Made by a program: the position numbers and the translations under genes
Shown here: piece by piece, positions 55,030 to 64,000 of the stretch
Layout: the number at the start of each line of letters is the position of its first letter
How positions within the stretch are numbered: position 1 is the first letter of the stretch
Assembly (NCBI GenBank): GCA_963801135.1
Contig: CAWDDN010000022.1
Location: 2,458 to 66,457, forward strand
Direction: 5' to 3'
Length of the DNA: 64,000 nucleotides
From: an uncultured Actinomycetota bacterium
GTDB taxonomy: Bacteria; Actinomycetota; Actinomycetes; Propionibacteriales; Nocardioidaceae
The notes under the pieces: model-generated
What the model was told of the DNA's origin: nothing
Database searches by the model: none
What the model saw: only the letters and a program-made list of their open reading frames with translations

Positions 55030-57717
55030 ATGGGCCGGGTGAGCAGCGAAGACACCCGGTCGGACGCTGAGGGCACGTGTGCCGTGCCCGAGGACGGTCC
55101 TTCGCCGCTCGATGCGGCCGTCGATCGACGGCGCCCCCGCTACGTCTGGTGGCTGACGCTGGCGCTGGCAGCGCTGGCGGCCGGGGTGATCTCGCCACAG
55201 CTGGTCAGCCACCCCGAGACCGCTGCGCCGTCGTTGACCGCCCTCCTGCTGCTGCCGTTGTTCGGCCTGGCCGAGGTGGTGGTGATCCACCTCCCCACCC
55301 TGCGCAACGCCCACGGCCACACGCTGCGCGAGATCCCCGCCGTCACCGGCCTGGCGTTCCTGGCGCCGCTGGAGTACGTGGTGGCCTACGTCGCCGGCGC
55401 GTCACTGGCGCTGGCGCTGTGGACGCGGATGGGCGGGGTCAAGCTGGTGTTCAACACCGCACTGTTCGCCGCGGAGGCCGCCGTCGGGGTCACCGTCTAC
55501 CACGCGGTTCTCGGTGGCGGGGACCCGCTGAGCCCGCTGGGCTGGCTGGCGGCACTGAGCGCGGTCGGCGTCACCGACCTGCTCTCCGCGGTGGCGGTCA
55601 CCTTGGCCATCACCTTTACCGAGGGCGAGTTCGACGGCGGGGTGCTGCGCGAAGCCATCCGCTCCGGCAGCGTCGCCGCGGTCATCAACACCTGCGTCGC
55701 ACTGCTGGTGGTGACCCTCCTGGTGGTGCGCCCCTCCTCGCTGCCGCTGCTCGGCGTGATGGTGGTGCTGCTGGTCATGGCGTACCGCGTCTACATCACG
55801 CTGGCGCGCGGGAGCGCGCGCACCCAGCTGCTCTACCGCTTCGTCGAGCGCACCGCGGCCACCCAGGACGCCGACGACGTCGTCCGCGTGGTGCTGCGCG
55901 AAGCGGCCGGACTGATGCACGCCGAGTCCGCACACCTTCTCGACGTGGTCGAGGAGGAACCCGCCCGGGTGCTGCGCTGCCGCACCGTGCGCGGAGAGCG
56001 GATGCACACGGTTCTCATCGTGCCCGACGACGACGCGCCGGCGTGGTGGTCCGACGCGCTCGAGGGCAGGTCGGTGCTGCTGTCGCACGACGGCTCCCCC
56101 GAGGATCCCGCCGAGGACTCCCCCGACGGCTCACCCGGCGACCCCGCCGGGGACACCGCGACCGGGGCGCCCGAAGGCCTGCCGCAGCACCCCCGCGACG
56201 GGGTCGCCGCACCGCTGCTGAGCCAGGGCAGACTGCACGCCGCGCTGCTGGTCTGCGACCGCTCGTTCGAGAAGGAGACCTTCGGCTCCGACGACCTGCA
56301 GGTCTTCGAGACCCTGGCAGCCCACGCGGCCGTGGCGCTGGAGCGCGCCCAGTCGATGGAGCGGTTGGAGCGGATGGTCGAGCAACGCGCCCACGACGCG
56401 CTGCACGACCCGCTGTCGGGACTGCCCAACCGCCGCGCCTTCAACGAGGCGGTCGAGCGCGCCATGGACGACGGCGCCGGCGGACCGGGCTCGCCCGGCG
56501 GGGTGGTGCTGCTGCTCGACCTCGACGACTTCAAGGACGTCAACGACACCTTGGGGCACAGTGCCGGCGACCGGCTCATCACGGTCAGCGGAGAGCGGCT
56601 GCGCGCCCAGGCCTCGGGCATGGTGGCCAGGCTCGGGGGCGACGAGTTCGCCGTCCTGCTGCCCGGGATGACGCTTGAGGAGGGAGTCGAGTACGCCCAG
56701 CGGATGCACCAGGTGATCTCGGTGCCGGTTCCCTTGAACAACGTCGACCTCATCGTCTCCTCCAGCATCGGGGTGGCCGAGTTCAGCTCCTCGGCGGTGA
56801 GTGCGGAGGAGCTGCTCGCCCAGGCCGACGTGGCGATGTACACCGCGAAGGCCGACCGCTCGGGCGTCGCGGTCTACCAGGAGGAGGCAGGCGACTCGGT
56901 CGCCCGCAGGCTGGCCCTGGCTGCCGACCTGCCCTCGGCCATCGAGGACGGCGACCTGAAGCTGTGGTACCAGCCCCAGGCCGACACCCGCAGCGGTCGG
57001 GTGACGGGCTTCGAGGCGCTGCTGCGCTGGCAGCACCCGGCTTTCGGGATGGTGCCGCCACCTGAGGTGATCGCGGTGGCCCACCGCACCGGCCGGGTGC
57101 GCATGCTCACCGACTCGGTGCTGCGCCAGGCCCTCGAGGCGCGACGCGTCTGGGACGACGCGGGGCACCGGCTGCAGGTCTCGGTCAACGTCACCCCGGG
57201 CGACATCGCCGACCCCGCGCTGGTGACTCGGGTCCGCCATGAGCTGCGCCGGTCGCTCTCTCCGGCCCGCGACCTGGTGCTCGAGGTCACCGAGAGCGAT
57301 GCGATGAAGGACCCCGAGCGGAGCCTGGAAGTGCTCGCGGACCTCGCCGGACTCGGCGTGACCCTGTCCATCGACGACTTCGGAACCGGCTACTCCTCGC
57401 TGGCCTACCTCGACCGGTTGCCGGTGCACGAGGTCAAGATCGACCAGTCCTTCGTGGTGCGGGTGGAGAGCGGGGTGGCCGACGCCACCATCATGAGCGC
57501 CACCGTGGGCCTCGCCCACGAGCTGGGCCTCCGCGTCGTGGCCGAGGGGATCGAGACCGAGAGCGCGCGCACCCTGGTCCGCGAGCTCGGCGTCGACATC
57601 TACCAGGGCTACGGACTGGCACGGCCGATGCCGGGCGACCGGGTCCTGGCCTGGCTGGACCGCCAGGCGCTACCACCGACGCGCACCACGCCGCAGGGCG
57701 GCACCGTGCCGCTCTGA
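55030..57717 (+). CDS. Membrane-bound GAF-GGDEF-EAL protein (diguanylate cyclase/phosphodiesterase)
   Basis: It has N-terminal multi-TM and GAF-like regions. The GGDEF site is ARLGGDEFAVLL, and EAL motifs are GFEALLRW, EVTES and DDFGTGYSSL. ATG 55030 lies 12 nt after the S8 stop. Confidence 0.9.
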   Translation: MGRVSSEDTRSDAEGTCAVPEDGPSPLDAAVDRRRPRYVWWLTLALAALAAGVISPQLVSHPETAAPSLTALLLLPLFGLAEVVVIHLPTLRNAHGHTLREIPAVTGLAFLAPLEYVVAYVAGASLALALWTRMGGVKLVFNTALFAAEAAVGVTVYHAVLGGGDPLSPLGWLAALSAVGVTDLLSAVAVTLAITFTEGEFDGGVLREAIRSGSVAAVINTCVALLVVTLLVVRPSSLPLLGVMVVLLVMAYRVYITLARGSARTQLLYRFVERTAATQDADDVVRVVLREAAGLMHAESAHLLDVVEEEPARVLRCRTVRGERMHTVLIVPDDDAPAWWSDALEGRSVLLSHDGSPEDPAEDSPDGSPGDPAGDTATGAPEGLPQHPRDGVAAPLLSQGRLHAALLVCDRSFEKETFGSDDLQVFETLAAHAAVALERAQSMERLERMVEQRAHDALHDPLSGLPNRRAFNEAVERAMDDGAGGPGSPGGVVLLLDLDDFKDVNDTLGHSAGDRLITVSGERLRAQASGMVARLGGDEFAVLLPGMTLEEGVEYAQRMHQVISVPVPLNNVDLIVSSSIGVAEFSSSAVSAEELLAQADVAMYTAKADRSGVAVYQEEAGDSVARRLALAADLPSAIEDGDLKLWYQPQADTRSGRVTGFEALLRWQHPAFGMVPPPEVIAVAHRTGRVRMLTDSVLRQALEARRVWDDAGHRLQVSVNVTPGDIADPALVTRVRHELRRSLSPARDLVLEVTESDAMKDPERSLEVLADLAGLGVTLSIDDFGTGYSSLAYLDRLPVHEVKIDQSFVVRVESGVADATIMSATVGLAHELGLRVVAEGIETESARTLVRELGVDIYQGYGLARPMPGDRVLAWLDRQALPPTRTTPQGGTVPL

Positions 57718-57754
57718 GTTGCTCTGGGCCGCTCTGAGTTGCTCTGGGCCGCTC
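57711..57754. repeat. Perfect 20-bp tandem duplication GCTCTGAGTTGCTCTGGGCC x 2.2
   Basis: The first copy contains the TGA stop of the GGDEF-EAL gene (57715..57717). Confidence 0.9.
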
Positions 57755-57774
57755 CGGCCCGACGGATCGACTGC

Positions 57775-57951
57775 TCAGACGGCGACCGGAAGCTCCTCGT
57801 CGAGGAACGAGCTGATCACCGAGGTCTCCTCGTGGCCGCACCAGCAGGTGAAGGCCACCTGCAGCCGGCCGTCGACGGCGGTGACAGCCGTGAACTGGCT
57901 GGGGAAGATGAGCTGTGTGCGCCGGCAGGCGCTGCACTCGTGGATGAACAT
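57775..57951 (-). CDS. Small Cys4 (zinc-ribbon-like) protein
   Basis: 58 aa, MFIHECSACRRTQLIFPSQ...FTCWCGHEE, with CxxC and CxC. GGAGGAGG RBS lies 6 nt upstream of ATG 57951. It is divergent from the LysR gene. Confidence 0.6.
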   Translation of the reverse strand: MFIHECSACRRTQLIFPSQFTAVTAVDGRLQVAFTCWCGHEETSVISSFLDEELPVAV

Positions 57952-58057
57952 GACAACCTCCTCCGGGGTCACAGATCTGCGATCGTTGACTCCAGTCTGA
58001 CGCGTCAGTAGGGATAGGGGTAGCCTGGCTTTCCGAGGTTTACTCAAGGGAGATCCG

Positions 58058-58996
58058 ATGGTTTCGCTGCATCAGCTCTCGTGCTTCGTCCAGGTGTACG
58101 AGGCCGGTTCACTGACCGGGGCAGCCGAACGCATGGGCTACGCCCAGCCGAGCATCTCCGAGCAGATCAAAGGTCTGGAGAAGTCGGTCGGCGCGCCGCT
58201 GTTCACCAGGGTGGGCCGGGGTGTGGTGCCGACCAGTGCGGCGGAGGAGATGCGGCCGCACGCCGAGCGCGCCCTCGCCGCGGCCGACGAGGCGCTCCGT
58301 GTCGCCCGCAGCACCACCGCGCTCGAGACCGGCACCATCCGGTTCGGCATGTTCGGCACCTCGCGGCTCTACGCGAGCGCCGACATGGTCGCCGACGTGC
58401 TCGACCGCTACCCGGGGGTCCGGGTCGAGCTGGTGGGGCAGAACTCCGCCGACGTCATGGAGGACATCCGCCGCGGGCGGATCGAGGCTGCCGCGATCGC
58501 CGTCCCGCAGGTCCTCAGCGAGGGCATGCGCGTCGTCCCGATCGCGCGTGACGAGCTCGTCTACGTCAGCGTCGCCCGCGACCGGATCGCCGGCCCGGTG
58601 ACGCCCGCCCGGCTGGCGCAGGCGTCGCTGGTGATGGCGGAGACCACCTGGCGGGCGGTGGACTCGACGCGCGTGGTTCTCCGCCGGCTGCTGCACGAGA
58701 CCGGGCTCAACCCCCTCACCCGGATCGAGGTCGAGGACGTCGAGACCGCCATCGACCTGGTCGGGCGCGGGTTCGCCGACACCGTCGTCCCGCTGGGCAT
58801 CGCCCGGGCGCTGGTGCCCGAGATCGCGCCGGAGGCTGGCTGGGTCTCCCTGCGCCCCCGCACCTACGACACGATTGCGATCGTCCACCGAGCCAACGCC
58901 ACGCTCAGCCCCGCCGCCCGTCTGATGATCCGGCTGGCCACGCAGCGGATCCGGGAAGTCACCGAGCCCACCGGCCCCGATGACCCGCTGACCTGA
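58058..58996 (+). CDS. LysR-family transcriptional regulator
   Basis: 312 aa with an N-terminal HTH (LHQLSCFVQVYEAGSLTGAAERMGYAQPSISEQIKGLEKSVG) and a LysR substrate-binding domain. Confidence 0.9.
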   Translation: MVSLHQLSCFVQVYEAGSLTGAAERMGYAQPSISEQIKGLEKSVGAPLFTRVGRGVVPTSAAEEMRPHAERALAAADEALRVARSTTALETGTIRFGMFGTSRLYASADMVADVLDRYPGVRVELVGQNSADVMEDIRRGRIEAAAIAVPQVLSEGMRVVPIARDELVYVSVARDRIAGPVTPARLAQASLVMAETTWRAVDSTRVVLRRLLHETGLNPLTRIEVEDVETAIDLVGRGFADTVVPLGIARALVPEIAPEAGWVSLRPRTYDTIAIVHRANATLSPAARLMIRLATQRIREVTEPTGPDDPLT

Positions 58997-59156
58997 GGGC
59001 CGCTTCAACCGGCAGCCTTGCGCCCCCGGCCCCTCGTCGAGCGGGAGCGACGAGCGGCGCGCCTTCGCGTGGAACGTCTGCGGGCCGGGCTGCCGGTTCA
59101 TCCGGCCCTGTGGACAGCGAGATGCGCAGGAAGACACTCGGGGGCAGCCTTGCCGG

Positions 59157-60050
59157 GTGCATCCGAGCGACGTGATCGCCCAGCGCGGGGGCGCCTGCCA
59201 GGTGGCCGAGGTCCTGCGTCACTGCAGCCGCAAGCAACTGCGGACCGCGATCGAGCGCGGGCAGGTGGAGCGGATCGGGCACGGCCGCGTCGCGCTGCCC
59301 GGGGTCACCGGCGCGCAGGCGACGGCGGTGCGCCTCACCGCGGTCGCCTCACACCTGACTGCCGCGCTCGCCCATGGCTGGGAGGTGGCACGTCCGCCCC
59401 AGGTCCCGCAGCTCATCGTCAAGCGGAACCGCCGGCCGAAGCCGCAGCAGTTCCGTGGCGTGGAGGTGCGCCATCGTGACCTGGACAGCTTCGAGGTGCA
59501 CGGATGGCTGACGTCTCCGCACCGGACGGTGCTGGACTGCTCGCGAGACCTGCCGTTCGAGGACGCGCTGGCGGTGGCGGACTCGGCGCTGCGACACCGA
59601 GACGTCGACCACGGTGAGCTCCTCAAGCGCGCCCACGCCCTGCCGAGCACGGGGCGGCGGGCGGCGATCCGCGTGGTCGAGGCGGCGAGTCCGCTTGCCG
59701 CCAACCCCTTCGAGTCAGTGCTGCGAGCGATCGCGCTCGATGTCGAAGGCCTCTGCGTTCGGCCCCAGGTCGAGATCGTCGACGGCGAGATGCGCAGCCG
59801 CCCGGACCTGGTGGACCAGGAGCGGCGGATCGTCATCGAGGCCGAGTCGTTCCAGTTCCACGGGCACCGCAGGGCGCTGCACCGAGACTGCGAGCGCTAC
59901 AACGCGCTGGGCGTGCGCGGCTGGACACTGCTCCGCTTCTCCTGGGAGCACGTCATGCAGGAGCGGGACTACGTGCGCGGGGTCCTTCTCGCCGCCGTGG
60001 GGCCGGTTCAACCGGCACCTCCGGGCGCGGAGCGGGATGTGCCCGCCTGA
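59157..60050 (+). CDS. DUF559/Vsr-fold endonuclease-like domain protein
   Basis: 297 aa. The C-terminal RPDLVDQERRIVIEAESFQFHG...RYNALGVRGWTLLRFSWEHV is the typical actinobacterial DUF559 signature. Confidence 0.75.
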   Translation: MHPSDVIAQRGGACQVAEVLRHCSRKQLRTAIERGQVERIGHGRVALPGVTGAQATAVRLTAVASHLTAALAHGWEVARPPQVPQLIVKRNRRPKPQQFRGVEVRHRDLDSFEVHGWLTSPHRTVLDCSRDLPFEDALAVADSALRHRDVDHGELLKRAHALPSTGRRAAIRVVEAASPLAANPFESVLRAIALDVEGLCVRPQVEIVDGEMRSRPDLVDQERRIVIEAESFQFHGHRRALHRDCERYNALGVRGWTLLRFSWEHVMQERDYVRGVLLAAVGPVQPAPPGAERDVPA

Positions 60051-60115
60051 CGGTGTGGCACCAGGCCGGAGGCTGCCGGTCCAGGTGGCCCCGGAAGCAG
60101 CCGTAGACTCACGCG

Positions 60116-62038
60116 GTGACCCCCACCCCCCTCGATCCCGGCGCCAGAGTGCGCGCAGACCTGCGCAACGTGGCGATCGTCGCCCACGTCGACCACGGCA
60201 AGACCACCCTGGTCGACGCCATGCTCCAGCAGGCCGGCTCCTTCAGTGCCCACCAGGCGGTGGAGGAGCGGGTGATGGACTCCGGCGAGCTCGAGCGGGA
60301 GAAAGGCATCACGATCCTCGCCAAGAACACCGCGATCCGCTACGACGGACCGGCGCTCACGGCCGCCGAGGCGGACGAGTCGATCGAGGCCATGACCATC
60401 AACATCATCGACACTCCCGGCCACGCCGACTTCGGCGGTGAGGTGGAGCGCGGCCTGAGCATGGTGGACGGCATCGTGCTGCTGGTCGACGCCAGCGAGG
60501 GCCCGTTGCCCCAGACCCGGTTCGTGCTGCGCAAGGCGCTCAACGCCGACATGCCAGTGGTCCTCGTCGTCAACAAGGTCGACCGCGGTGACGCTCGCAT
60601 CTCCGAGGTGGTCGACGAGACCTACGAGCTGTTCATGGACCTGCTCGACGACTCCCACCGGCAGGACGCCCTCGACTTCCCGGTCGTCTACGCCAGCGCC
60701 AAGGCCGGTCGCGCCGGCACCGAGCAGCCCGAGGACGGCGGCATGCCGGACTCCCCCGACCTCGAGCCGCTGTTCCGCACCATCATCGAGACCATCCCCG
60801 CCCCGACCTACATCGAGGGCGCGCCCCTGCAGGCCCACGTCACCAACCTCGACGCCAGCCCCTTCCTGGGTCGGCTCGCCCTGGTGCGGGTGCACCAGGG
60901 CACCTTGCGCAAGGGACAGCAGGTGGCGTGGCTGCGCCGCGACGGCTCCACCCAGAACGTGAAGATCACCGAGCTGCTGGTCACTCGAGCCCTGGAGCGA
61001 GTGCCGGGCGAGCAGGCCGGCCCGGGTGACATCGCCGCGATCGCCGGCATCCCCGACATCATGATCGGTGAGACCCTGGCCGACCCGGAGGACCCGCGCG
61101 CCCTGCCCCTGATCACCGTCGACGAGCCGGCGATCTCGATGACGATCGGCATCAACAACAGCCCCCTGGCCGGCCGGGTCAAGGGCGCGAAGGTCACCGC
61201 CCGCCTGGTCAAGGACCGCCTCGACCGCGAGCTGGTCGGCAACGTCTCGATCAAGGTGGTGCCCACCGAGCGGCCCGACGCCTGGGAGGTGCAGGGGCGC
61301 GGCGAGCTCGCGCTGGCGATCCTGGTGGAGCAGATGCGCCGGGAGGGCTACGAGCTGACCGTCGGCAAGCCGCAGGTGGTGACCAGGGAGGTCGACGGCA
61401 AGGTGCACGAGCCGATGGAGCGGCTCACGATCGACGCGCCGGAGGAGTACCTCGGGGCGATCACCCAGCTGCTGGCGGTACGCCGGGGCCGGATGGAGCA
61501 GATGACCAACCACGGCACCGGCTGGGTGCGGTTGGAGTTCCTGGTGCCGGCGCGAGGGCTGATCGGGTTCCGCACCGAGTTCCTCACCGACACCCGCGGC
61601 ACCGGCATCGCCCACCACGTCTTCGAGGGCTACGAGCCGTGGACGGGCGAGATCCGTTCGCGCGCGAGCGGATCTCTGGTGGCCGACCGCCCCGGCGCCG
61701 CGACGGCGTACGCGATGACCAACCTGCAGGAGCGGGGCGTGATGTTCGTCGAGCCGACGACCGAGGTCTACGAGGGCATGATCGTCGGGGAGAACTCCCG
61801 TGAGGACGACATGGACGTCAACATCACCAAGGAGAAGAAGCAGACCAACATCCGCTCCAGCACCGCGGACAACTTCGAGAAGCTGGTGCCGCCGAAGCGG
61901 CTGTCGCTCGAGCAGTGCCTGGAGTTCTGCCGCGAGGACGAGTGCGTCGAGGTCACGCCGGAGGCGATGCGGATCCGCAAGGTGGTGCTGGACGCGCACG
62001 CGCGCGCCAAGACCGCCTCCCGCGCCCGCCGCGGCTGA
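60116..62038 (+). CDS. typA: Translational GTPase TypA/BipA
   Basis: 640 aa with [32 protein letters not shown] and NKVD. The EF-G-like domains and C-terminal domain are present. Confidence 0.93.
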   Translation: MTPTPLDPGARVRADLRNVAIVAHVDHGKTTLVDAMLQQAGSFSAHQAVEERVMDSGELEREKGITILAKNTAIRYDGPALTAAEADESIEAMTINIIDTPGHADFGGEVERGLSMVDGIVLLVDASEGPLPQTRFVLRKALNADMPVVLVVNKVDRGDARISEVVDETYELFMDLLDDSHRQDALDFPVVYASAKAGRAGTEQPEDGGMPDSPDLEPLFRTIIETIPAPTYIEGAPLQAHVTNLDASPFLGRLALVRVHQGTLRKGQQVAWLRRDGSTQNVKITELLVTRALERVPGEQAGPGDIAAIAGIPDIMIGETLADPEDPRALPLITVDEPAISMTIGINNSPLAGRVKGAKVTARLVKDRLDRELVGNVSIKVVPTERPDAWEVQGRGELALAILVEQMRREGYELTVGKPQVVTREVDGKVHEPMERLTIDAPEEYLGAITQLLAVRRGRMEQMTNHGTGWVRLEFLVPARGLIGFRTEFLTDTRGTGIAHHVFEGYEPWTGEIRSRASGSLVADRPGAATAYAMTNLQERGVMFVEPTTEVYEGMIVGENSREDDMDVNITKEKKQTNIRSSTADNFEKLVPPKRLSLEQCLEFCREDECVEVTPEAMRIRKVVLDAHARAKTASRARRG

Positions 62039-62129
62039 TCGCCACACTCAGTCGGTCGTCGACGCGCGTCGGTCGTTGAGGTGCGAGCGCAGCGAGCCAC
62101 GAAACGCCCGGGGGCGTCGGGCAGGGAGC

Positions 62130-62789
62130 TCAGTCCAGGCCGGCATCCTGGACGAGCACCGCGGCCAGGCGCTGTAGTGAGCGCTTGGCAACCTCGTCGT
62201 CGCCGTCGACCAGCCACTGCAGCGTGATGCCCTCGATCATCGCCAGCGTCACCCGGGCGAGCTCGGACACCGGGGTGCGCCACGTCGTGCTGCAGACGTC
62301 GGCCAGCATCATCAGCAGCCCTTCGATCGTGAACAGGTAGTTGCGGTACTGGGAGACCGCCGCGTCGAGCGGCGCCCCGGGGTCCCGGACGACCGACCGG
62401 ATCTGAACGACCACGTCGGAGCCCTCGGGGCCGCCGCGCAGGTTGCGCAACGCGTGCTGGGTGAGCTCGTAGGTGAGCAGGTGCTCGTTGGGGTCCGCCT
62501 CGATGTGGTGCCAGTACGCCTGGACCGCGGCGTGCACGAAGCCGGCGCCGGGTTCGACATCGGCGAGCGCGTCGCCGACCGCACTGTCGGTGCGCTCGTT
62601 GATGGCCCGCATCACCTCGCGGATCAGCTGCTCCTTGGACTCGAAGCAGTAGTGGAAGACCCCGACCTGCATGTCGGCTTCCGCGACGATGTCACGGGTC
62701 GTGGTGTTGGCGACCCCTTGGCGCTTCATCACCGCGATCGCAGCATCGACGAGCACCGCCCGGCGCTCCTCGACCGACATCCTGGCCAC
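62130..62789 (-). CDS. TetR-family transcriptional regulator
   Basis: 219 aa with an N-terminal HTH ERRAVLVDAAIAVMKRQGVANTTTRDIVAEADMQVGVFHYCFESKEQL. Confidence 0.85.
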   Translation of the reverse strand: MARMSVEERRAVLVDAAIAVMKRQGVANTTTRDIVAEADMQVGVFHYCFESKEQLIREVMRAINERTDSAVGDALADVEPGAGFVHAAVQAYWHHIEADPNEHLLTYELTQHALRNLRGGPEGSDVVVQIRSVVRDPGAPLDAAVSQYRNYLFTIEGLLMMLADVCSTTWRTPVSELARVTLAMIEGITLQWLVDGDDEVAKRSLQRLAAVLVQDAGLD

Positions 62790-63261
62790 GGTCCCCTCCT
62801 CCGTCTCGCGACGACGCGCCCGGCGATGGTCTCACCGAGCGCGTCCTCGTCTATTACCGACCGGCTCCGAGCAGGCAGCCCTGAGACCGCCCCCGGGGGG
62901 AAGAGCGGCTCCAACCGGCCCTACGGACGGTCGAGTGCCCTCCCAAGCACTCGCCAGCCCACAGAGAGGAGGATGCCTCGCCGCCTCGACTTGGTCAAGC
63001 GTCCGAGATGGACTTCCGACGGCCGTCACCGGGACCTACGTCCGACCGGCTCAGGACCCGCGCCATGCCTGGCATCTGGGCCCTTTCCTGGCCCCGCGCG
63101 AGGTCTAGACCGGGCCGAAGCGTGATCCTGCCCTCGCCTGACCAAGGGGTCTCATCGGAGGTCCCGCGCGGGGCCCTATCCTGACGGCCGACCGTCCCGC
63201 ACGCCCAACCGCCACCCAGCCGAGCCGCTACCCAGCCGCCACCCCTGGACCAAGGAGCACC

Positions 63262-64000
63262 ATGCAGGTCACGAACACCGCCGCCCTCGTCACCGGAGGG
63301 GCCTCCGGCCTCGGAGCAGCGACCGGGCAGGCGCTGGCCAGGCGCGGCTGCTCGGTCTTCGCCCTCGACCTCGCCGGCGTCATCGAGCGCGCACCGGAGG
63401 TCGACGGCGTCAGCTACGTCGAGTGCGACGTCACCGATCCCGACAGCGTCGCCGCAGCGGTGCAGCAGGCGGCGGACTCCGGGGCGCCGCTGCGCACGGT
63501 GGTCAACTGCGCCGGCATCGGCACCGCAGGGCGGATCCTCTCCAAGGGCGGCCACCACGACCTCGAGCTCTACGCCCGGATCATCCAAGTCAACCTCATC
63601 GGGTCCTTCAACGTCCTCGCCCTGGCAGCGGAGCAGATCGCCAAGACCGAGCCCGACGAGAACGGGCAGCGGGGCATCGTCATCAACACCGCGTCCGTGG
63701 CTGCCTTCGAAGGTCAGATCGGCCAGGTCGCCTACTCCTCGTCCAAGGGGGGTCTGGTCGGCATGAACCTCCCGGCGGCGCGCGACCTCGCGCAGTTCGG
63801 CATCCGCGTCAACACCATCGCTCCCGGCATCATCGAGACCCCCATGCTGGCCGGCGTCGACGAGACGTTCCGCCAGTCGCTCGCCGAGGGGGTGCCGTTC
63901 CCGAAGCGCCTCGGCCGCCCTGACGAGTACGCCCAGCTGGCGATGATGCTCATCGAGCACGACTACATCAACGGCGAGGTCATCCGCCTCGACGGCGCGC
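63262..64000 (+). CDS. Short-chain dehydrogenase (3-hydroxyacyl-CoA dehydrogenase type-2-like), partial at the right edge
   Basis: Absent from the ORF track because no stop lies in the window. AAGGAG RBS precedes ATG 63262. The sequence reads [22 protein letters not shown]...NCAGIG...YSSSKGG...[10 protein letters not shown]. Confidence 0.85.
   Translation, partial: MQVTNTAALVTGGASGLGAATGQALARRGCSVFALDLAGVIERAPEVDGVSYVECDVTDPDSVAAAVQQAADSGAPLRTVVNCAGIGTAGRILSKGGHHDLELYARIIQVNLIGSFNVLALAAEQIAKTEPDENGQRGIVINTASVAAFEGQIGQVAYSSSKGGLVGMNLPAARDLAQFGIRVNTIAPGIIETPMLAGVDETFRQSLAEGVPFPKRLGRPDEYAQLAMMLIEHDYINGEVIRLDGA

Noticed and set aside
59157-60050. DUF559/Vsr-like protein considered as a restriction or mismatch-nicking system
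   Set aside because: No adjacent methyltransferase or other defence gene is present. This family is a common multi-copy orphan in actinobacterial genomes. Only the flanking repeats were kept as an observation.
60008-62047. 679-aa ORF antisense to typA (and likewise 22000..23697 antisense to the APC permease, and 13816..15162 antisense to ADC/MarR)
   Set aside because: The sense-strand genes are near-canonical. The antisense translations are low-complexity and lack motifs. These are GC-driven open frames.
62790-63261. Large gap checked for RNase P RNA, tmRNA, SRP RNA and 6C RNA
   Set aside because: The diagnostic strings are absent on both strands. These are AGGAAAGTCCGG for RNase P, GGAAGGAAGCAGC-type for SRP, the tRNA-like 3' end for tmRNA, and C-rich loops for 6C. 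Only generic hairpins are visible.

Overview
Very GC-rich chromosomal segment (third codon positions are almost always G/C) from an actinobacterium. Markers are mshA, carD, senX3-regX3 and cydABDC, and the synteny looks Nocardioides/Propionibacteriales-like, which is a guess made from memory. I can support about 60 protein-coding genes. I found no rRNA, tRNA, CRISPR array, IS element, prophage or canonical defence island.

Gene order, left to right:
- ClC channel (partial), DUF421 protein, cydABDC.
- A roughly 15-kb catabolic island at 8.1-23.7 kb. It holds a GS-like gamma-glutamyl ligase, a P450, a Rieske oxygenase with a VanB-type reductase, two glutamine-amidotransferase-type hydrolases and an aldehyde dehydrogenase. 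It also holds an LLM oxidoreductase, an acetoacetate-decarboxylase-family protein, MarR, a LigB-type extradiol dioxygenase with HpaE-like dehydrogenase and FAH hydrolase, and an APC permease.
- An ArsC relic, hemerythrin, a BtuF-like receptor, a YwiC-like protein, an F420 LLM, GH2, an acyl-CoA dehydrogenase and DedA.
- The conserved rlmB-cysS ... ispF/ispD-carD block, here rearranged.
- A UbiA-like protein, a lipoprotein, gpmA, phoU, senX3-regX3, a YbjN-like protein and mshA.
- A fatty-acid hydroxylase, GntR, a racemase and Sir2.
- A GAF/PAS/DHp pseudo-kinase, an S8 protease with a 12-unit Trp-rich decapeptide array, and a GGDEF-EAL protein.
- A small Cys4 protein, LysR, DUF559, typA, TetR and an SDR (partial).

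Most notable observations:
1. An 18-bp palindromic box occurs seven times, only in promoter gaps, six of them the divergent promoter gaps of the catabolic island. This suggests a single regulon that combines gamma-glutamylation, oxygenation and meta-cleavage.
2. The S8 protease carries a near-perfect 30-bp x 12 array and sits between a degenerate sensor and a c-di-GMP enzyme.
3. A truncated IspD relic occupies the canonical ispD position next to carD. An intact ispD lies in a reshuffled ispF-hydrolase-ispD operon.
4. There is a family of dispersed palindromic intergenic elements, two of which bracket the GH2 gene.
5. In-frame and intergenic short tandem repeats are unusually dense.
6. Nine otherwise intact genes carry frame disruptions of about one nucleotide. 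I interpret these mainly as consensus indel errors, so the pseudogene labels need read-level confirmation.

All homology calls come from motif recognition by eye and no searches were run.
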